DNA of 56,581 bases, taken from the NCBI RefSeq assembly GCF_001194135.2, contig NC_068987.1, positions 61,350,956 to 61,407,536 on the forward strand. Reading direction: 5' to 3'. The notes beneath the pieces are model-generated. The model worked only from the letters and a program-made list of their open reading frames with translations. It searched no databases and was not told where the DNA came from. The translations under genes and the position numbers were made by a program. This document shows, in pieces, positions 50,231-56,581 of this stretch. Each line of letters begins with the position of its first letter. Within the stretch, counting starts at the first letter, position 1. The DNA is from Octopus bimaculoides (Eukaryota).

Positions 50231-50576
50231 GCAGGCATGGCTGTGTGGTAAGAAGCTTGCTTCTCAACCACATGGCTCTGGGTTCAGTCCTACTGCGTGG
50301 CACCTTGGGCAAGTGTCTTTTACAATAACTTCAGGCCGACCAAAGCCTTGTGAGAGGATTTGGTAGACGGTGTGTGTGTATGTCTGTGCATGTGTTATCT
50401 TTGTGTCTGTGTTTGTCCCCACCACCACCACCACTTGACAGCCAGTGTTGGTGTGTTTATGCCCCCATAACTTAGCAGCTTGGCAAAAGAGACTGATAGA
50501 ATAAGTACTAGGCATTAAAAAAACTAAGTCCTGGGGTCGAATTGTTCTACTAAAACTCTTCAAAGAGGTGCCCCAG
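50231..50576 (+). mobile_element. SINE family B, nearly full length
   Basis: gcaggcatggctgtgtggtaagaagcttgc... Confidence 0.9.
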
Positions 50577-50735
50577 GTGCTTCCTGAAGTTAGTGTTGCA
50601 GATTAATAGGTTGCATCACAGAACTCCAGTAGCCTAGAGTAGCATTTTGGGAACCAATTCCATGGCCCCCCCTGAACACCATCCAACATGCCCATTAAAA
50701 TCTCCGGCCACAAAGATGAGGTCACCAACATCAGG
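50577..50735 (-). pseudogene. RTE apurinic-endonuclease fragment
   Basis: DLIFVAGDFNGHVG...HGIGSQN...LLEFCDA...LICNTNFRK (GDFN.HVG and .NT.F.K motifs). Confidence 0.85.
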
Positions 50736-50942
50736 TATCAGGCAGTGGTGAGGGACAAACAGACAAAAATACACGTACACGTACATACACATACACACAC
50801 ACACATGACTAGTATCTTTCACTCACAAGGATTTGGACAGCCAGAGGTTACAGTAAAAGACACTTGCTCAAACTATGCAATAGGGCTGAACCTGGAACCA
50901 TGTGGTTGAGCAACAAACTTCTTAACACACAGCTATGCCTGC
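50736..50942 (-). mobile_element. SINE family B, 5' part, converging on the 50231 copy
   Basis: ctgaacctggaaccatgtggttgagcaacaaacttctt...gctatgcctgc. Confidence 0.8.
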
Positions 50943-51551
50943 ACCTAGTTTTTACTGACGCAGTACGTCAATGAAAATTTAAAACAATAACATTATCAGA
51001 GAATAAAGACGGACTGCAAGAAGCTATTCTACAGAACGAAATTTGTTAATAATGCCTGAGACCAAGATATTGGAAACTCTTTTAACTTATTTGAAAAATA
51101 TATTAAATTATTTATATATGTGTATGGGGGTGCTTGTGTAACACACACACACACATATATATGTTTGATTGATCATACCAATTCGTTAGTTATAAGGTAG
51201 TTCACTAGTCCTAAAATAAATAACAATCAAATTACTTCATTATCAATGCAAAGAATGCAGACAGCTGTTATCACAATCTTATTACTAAGTCGATATGTTA
51301 TTTCATTTCATTTGATCAATTTAAAAGCAAATATATCATACTCTATCTTAGTTATTCTTTGTGTTTCAATAAAAATTGAAACGGTAGTGTACCAGACGAA
51401 AAGAACTAGTATATATTTAGTAACATCCTGCTACGTTCTGAGTTCAAAACATGTTAGTGATCAACTTTGACTTTCATCCCATTAATATAACTAATAAAAT
51501 TCAATTAACTCTACCACTTCCCTTTAAATTTGTACAAAAAAAATTACTTCC

Positions 51552-51703
51552 TTTGGCTGTGTGGTAAGAAGCCTGCTTTCCAACCACATGGTTCTGGATT
51601 CAGTCCCACTGCATGGCACCTTGGGCAAGTGCCTTCTACTATAGCCTTGGTTCAACCAAAGCCTTGTGAGTGGATTTGGTAGATAGAAACTGAAAGAAGC
51701 TTG

Positions 51704-51738
<35 letters not shown>

Positions 51739-51920
51739 TTTGTGTTTCTCCCCCACCATTATTTGACAACCAATGGTGGTGTATTTAGGTCCCCAATAGA
51801 ATAAGTACCAGTACCTGGGAAAAAAATTAGTACTAGGGTCGATTCATTCAGCTAAAATTCTTCAAAGTGATACCCCAGCATGGCCACAGTCTAATGACTG
51901 AAACAAGTAAAAGGTAAAAG
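51552..51920 (+). mobile_element. SINE family B, full length
   Basis: All family motifs. Confidence 0.9.
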
Positions 51921-52034
51921 ATTTGGTCAATTATATAAATTTTATTCCGTTATTTTCCAGTTATTTTTATAGTACAAACCTGACACCAAAAGTGGAATTC
52001 TACCAAAGTGGAATACTGAATATAGAGGCACAGT

Positions 52035-52515
52035 GGTGGCTGTGTGGTTAGAAGTTTGCTTCCCAGCCACATGGCTTCAGGTTCAGTCCTACAGCATGGC
52101 ACCTTAGGCAAGTGTCTTCTACAATAGTCTCAGGCCGACCAAAGCCATATGTGCAGACATGAAGACTGAAACTGAAATAAGCCTCTCTTGTGTGTGTGGC
52201 TNNNNNNNNNNNNNNNNNNNNNNNNNNNNNNNNNNNNNNNNNNNNGGGGTCATATATATGTTTGTATGTTTATATGTGTGTGTGTGCATATTTGTCTTTG
52301 TTTGTCCCCACCACTGGTTGACAACTGGAGTTGGTTTGTTTACATCCCAATAAGTTAGCAGCTTGTTTACATCCCAATAAGTTAGCCAAAGAGACTGAGA
52401 GAATAAAGTACTCAACTTAAGAAATATGTACTGGGGTTAATCTGTTTGACTAAAACCATTCAAAGCAATGCCCCAGCATGGCCACAGTCCAATAACTGAA
52501 ACAAGTAAAAGATAA
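52035..52515 (+). mobile_element. SINE family B, full length, spans a gap
   Basis: All family motifs; internal duplication of ttgtttacatcccaataagttagc. Confidence 0.88.
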
Positions 52516-54055
52516 AATATAAATATATACTCAATTATATAAATTGTATTCATTGTGTTTTTTCAGTTGGTTTTATAATACAAACCTGACATTGAAAATG
52601 ATACTTCAACCATTATTTAACTCCAAGTTTGTCTTAAGATCAAAGATATTCAAGCGATAATCCTCCGGTTCTTCACTGAAACATTGCATATCTAAAATTA
52701 GATTATCTAATCTACCCCTCCCTTTTTAATATAGTATGGTGTAACTTAAAAAAATATTTTGCAGCAATTTCTTTCAAACAGATTGAGTAACCAAGTAGCA
52801 GCTCCTATGTTGATTTTGTGATAACCAAACTTTTATGGTATGGAGTATAAATCAAGAAATAATATGAAGCTTGAAGTACTGCAAAATCTAATTGTAATTG
52901 CAATCATTAGTGTTATTTTTAATTGATGGATGGGTATTTAGAGATATAGACACACAGTAAATGGATCTACTTGTGGTTTCAAAAATGAATTGTTCAATTC
53001 AATGAACTAACTTTGTACTCATTGAATAATACAACTGGCTGAGTATTCCAAAGACATTTGTACTCTAAATGTAATATTCTGTCAGGATCAGTGTAATACA
53101 AGATGACAAGGCTGTTCCTCTGAATTACAGACACAGTCCATCCAATGTGCTTCCACTGTTTCTATCAACACAGTTTTGCTGACAAGTCTTTGGGTGACCG
53201 AAGTCTGTGACAGATGACACGTCCAAGATGCTACACAACAGGATTGAACCCAAAACCTCATGAGAATAAATTGAAATTCTGAATCATTTTGTCACCCTAC
53301 ACCTACATAAGACACACACACACACACACACATATATATATTGCAATAGGGGTTGATTTCTCAAATGAAGGGAAAAGTCATCACAGTTAAACAGTCAGAA
53401 CAAATTACTCTTGAATTTAATAAAGCTTGGATAATATATAACCAGTAGATTGAAAGGGGGGGGGGGTATACAGAAAATAATCTTCTATAACAACTGGAGA
53501 TATAATTAGTGCAATGGCTAATCCTACCATCATAGATTTATGGTTAATCTCCACCAAAAAACAAAAAAATGAACTGAATCAGAAACACCTTACAAATAAA
53601 AAAACATGAATGAAGAATAATTCTAAAATAGTTAACATTCAGCTCACAAGCATAAATTAGCATAAATTGTGTGACTTCTCATAAAACCTATAATCAGAGG
53701 AGGGCTATACTGCTTTTGATAAATTTTTATTGTTAGTTGAGACAGCTGACACCTCTCATTTACAATGTCTTCATATTTTGGGAAAAAATGTATTTTCAAT
53801 GCTAAGAGTTTCAGCTGCAAATAGAGTAGACTTAAAAGGAAAATAACAGGATTTGTCAAGAATATAGAACTGAATTCAAAAACCCAGTATTCAGTGATGT
53901 TAACAAAGAAAAGCAGTTCTCCCAAAAGTAACACCTACTGAGAAAACACAGCTAGATATTTTACATAATTGCCCAACTAGCCAAACATAGCAGCCAAATC
54001 TCTCTCATTTCACACTTTGCAGTATCACATACAAAAAAAAGAACATGATGGATTA

Positions 54056-54269
54056 CAAGGGGGTGCTGAAAAGTTTCTTGCTTTAAGAGTATCACAAAAA
54101 TCCTGGTCGAGGGCCCACCCTTCCGAGTTCTTTTACAGGGCATAGAAAAACTGAAGGACCACTGCAATAAACGTGTGAATTTGAGAGGAGAATAAGCTGA
54201 ATAAAATCACAACTGATCATCCTGCATTTTTTTTTCACCCGAAACCAAACACTTTTCAGCACCCACTCA
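54056..54269 (+). mobile_element. Mariner-derived MITE retaining a transposase C-terminal trace
   Basis: TA|caagggggtgctgaaaagtt ... cacttttcagcacccactca|TA; FLQGIEKLKDHCNKRVNLRGE resembles the mariner GI.KL..RW.KCV...G.Y motif. Confidence 0.8.
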
Positions 54270-54677
54270 TATGTAATCCTAGACCAACTAGGTCTCAAAA
54301 AAGAAAGACAAGATTGTGACACCTGGAACACGTTTGACCATAAGTCTTTTTGATCAATGCTCACCTGAAGTTAAACAATAGCAACACGCTGTATTTATAC
54401 TTGAAACAAATCCAACCAGTGATTAGAGAAAAAAGGCAGGATAGAGTGATAATATTAAGAACATTTGCCTGAAGATAAGACATTAATATCATAAGTAGCT
54501 GAAAACACATTTTTAGCCACCAATGGCTTTTGTTATTGCTAATCTCCAATGCATTGTAGTGTAGAAATCAGGGAAGCCAGGGAAAAACATCTCAGCTTGT
54601 TATATTTGCAGGGGAGCAAAAAGTCTTCTTTTGATTAATGTACTCAGATGGATTTGCAGGAAAGGTGTTGAGAGGTA

Positions 54678-54952
54678 TAAAATGTTGTTGGCATTCCGTC
54701 GCTTACGACGTCGAGGGTTCCAGTTGATCCGATCAATGGAACAGCCTGCTCGTGAAATTAACATGCATTCCACAGACACGTGTACCCTTAACGTAGTTCT
54801 CGGAGATATTCAGCGTGACACAGTGTGACAAGGCTGACCCTTTGAAAAACAGGTACAACAGAAACAGGAAGTAAGAGTGAGAGAAAGTTGTGGTGAAAGA
54901 GTACAGCAGGGTTCACCACCATCCCCTGCTGGAGCCTCGTGGAGCTTTAGGT
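54678..54952 (-). mobile_element. CpG-rich young SINE-like repeat (family F), cut by a gap
   Basis: ccgtcgcttacgacgtcgagggttccagttgatccgatcaa...gtacccttaacgtagttctcgg; single copy here, recognised from memory only. Confidence 0.55.
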
Positions 54953-55632
54953 NNNNNNNNNNNNNNNNNNNNNNNNNNNNNNNNNNNNNNNNNNNNNNNN
55001 NNNNNNNNNNNNNNNNNNNNNNNNNNNNNNNNNNNNNNNNNNNNNNNNNNNNNNNNNNNNNNNNNNNNNNNNNNNNNNNNNNNNNNNNNNNNNNNNNNNN
55101 NNNNNNNNNNNNNNNNNNNNNNNNNNNNNNNNNNNNNNNNNNNNNNNNNNNNNNNNNNNNNNNNNNNNNNNNNNNNNNNNNNNNNNNNNNNNNNNNNNNN
55201 NNNNNNNNNNNNNNNNNNNNNNNNNNNNNNNNNNNNNNNNNNNNNNNNNNNNNNNNNNNNNNNNNNNNNNNNNNNNNNNNNNNNNNNNNNNNNNNNNNNN
55301 NNNNNNNNNNNNNNNNNNNNNNNNNNNNNNNNNNNNNNNNNNNNNNNNNNNNNNNNNNNNNNNNNNNNNNNNNNNNNNNNNNNNNNNNNNNNNNNNNNNN
55401 NNNNNNNNNNNNNNNNNNNNNNNNNNNNNNNNNNNNNNNNNNNNNNNNNNNNNNNNNNNNNNNNNNNNNNNNNNNNNNNNNNNNNNNNNNNNNNNNNNNN
55501 NNNNNNNNNNNNNNNNNNNNNNNNNNNNNNNNNNNNNNNNNNNNNNNNNNNNNNNNNNNNNNNNNNNNNNNNNNNNNNNNNNNNNNNNNNNNNNNNNNNN
55601 NNNNNNNNNNNNNNNNNNNNNNNNNNNNNNNN

Positions 55633-55675
<43 letters not shown>

Positions 55676-55679
55676 TATA

Positions 55680-56566
55680 CAGGGTGCGATGGGTAAATTG
55701 TCGCCATTTTATATCTTTAATTTCATGCATGCACATTGTTTGTTTTTGATTTGTCAACTACACAGTATAGTAGGGTCAGTTGGGAACCATCTGTGAGAAA
55801 AACAGTGCCATGACAATTCACTCTGCCAGAAATTTGGAAATGACATGCTGTACTATTTAGCATTCATGCCAGAAGCTCCAATACGAACATTTCAGAGTGT
55901 TTGGGTGTCAATCAGAGGAGAGTACAATCTGAGGACATGTACTGAGAGTAATAAAAATCAAACATCCAGTCAACATCATGGTGTTTGGAGTGATCACTAG
56001 TGATGGCAACGTTATGCCTCTATTCATCTTCCCACACAGCTTCAGACTCAACACGGAGACCTACATCAAGTGTCTGGAGGAGGTAGTGCTGCCCTGGGTC
56101 AAGAGAGTGACTGCTGGAAGACCCTATGTCTAGCAACAGGACTCTGCACCATTCCACACATGCAGGAGAACACAGTCATGGCTGTCAGACAATTTCTGTG
56201 ACCACACTACCCCAAACATCTGGCCACCTAACTCCCCAGACTGCAACCCCCTTGATTATTATGTGTGGGGCACAGTTGAGTGAGAGACCAACAAAACTCC
56301 TTGTAACACCAAAGATGAACTGAAGACAAGAATTATGGCAGCATTCACGAACTTAAACAAGGAGACCATCCAGAAGAGTTGCAGGAGATTCCCAAGTTGT
56401 CTGGAGGCTGTGGTTGAAGCTAATGGGGATTTTATTGAATAAATTTACTCTTTAGTATTTCAGGATATTTTTTAATAATTTTGGTAAATACATGTGTTAA
56501 AATGAGGTGTCAGTGTTATTTTTATTTTTTGTGTAATTTAGACAACAGTTTATTCACTGCACCCTG
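55680..56566 (+). mobile_element. Internally deleted maT (DD37D) transposon, copy 2
   Basis: TA|cagggtgcgatgggtaaatt ... tttattcactgcaccctg; QQD(56140)SAPFHT...WPPNSPDCNPLD(56254)YYVWG, with 37 codons between the two Ds. Confidence 0.9.
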
Positions 56567-56581
56567 TGTATATACATATAT

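Noticed and set aside
50231-50310. tRNA-like heads with A and B boxes (families B-E)
   Set aside because: They continue into SINE bodies and lack a complete cloverleaf; not tRNA genes.
23612-55757. The longest ORFs in the track (145-336 aa)
   Set aside because: They are open only because they cross N-gaps.

Overview
Repeat-dense, AT-rich animal genomic DNA with 12 N-gaps. The repeat complement (tRNA-derived SINE families, RTE 3' ends with (GAT)n tails, very abundant microsatellites) resembles Octopus or another coleoid cephalopod; this taxon call is an inference. The only host-gene sequence I can support is one minus-strand exon (1138->1056) encoding the N-terminus of a FAM135A/B-family protein ([26 protein letters not shown]). 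It has a splice acceptor upstream of the ATG, so much or all of the remaining ~55 kb may be 5'-UTR intron. The rest is transposon debris: about 20 copies of one SINE family and smaller numbers of four others; RTE, CR1/L2-like and Penelope-like pieces; a near-complete but dead DD37E (TRT-like) Tc1; a truncated Tc1; two internally deleted DD37D (maT) copies; an Hsmar1-like mariner; piggyBac-, hAT-, pogo- and mariner-type MITEs; and a Helitron remnant with permuted domain order. The most interesting structure is a ~330-bp palindrome (45709-46036). Each arm carries a type-I hammerhead ribozyme fold: the core is intact on the FAM135-sense strand and G12-mutated on the other. Two further minimal hammerhead-like motifs and two other long fold-backs are present. 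Nearly all ORFs in the supplied track are microsatellite or gap artefacts. No CRISPR array, rRNA or genuine tRNA was found. Identities quoted are hand counts, and family names come from remembered motifs, not database searches.
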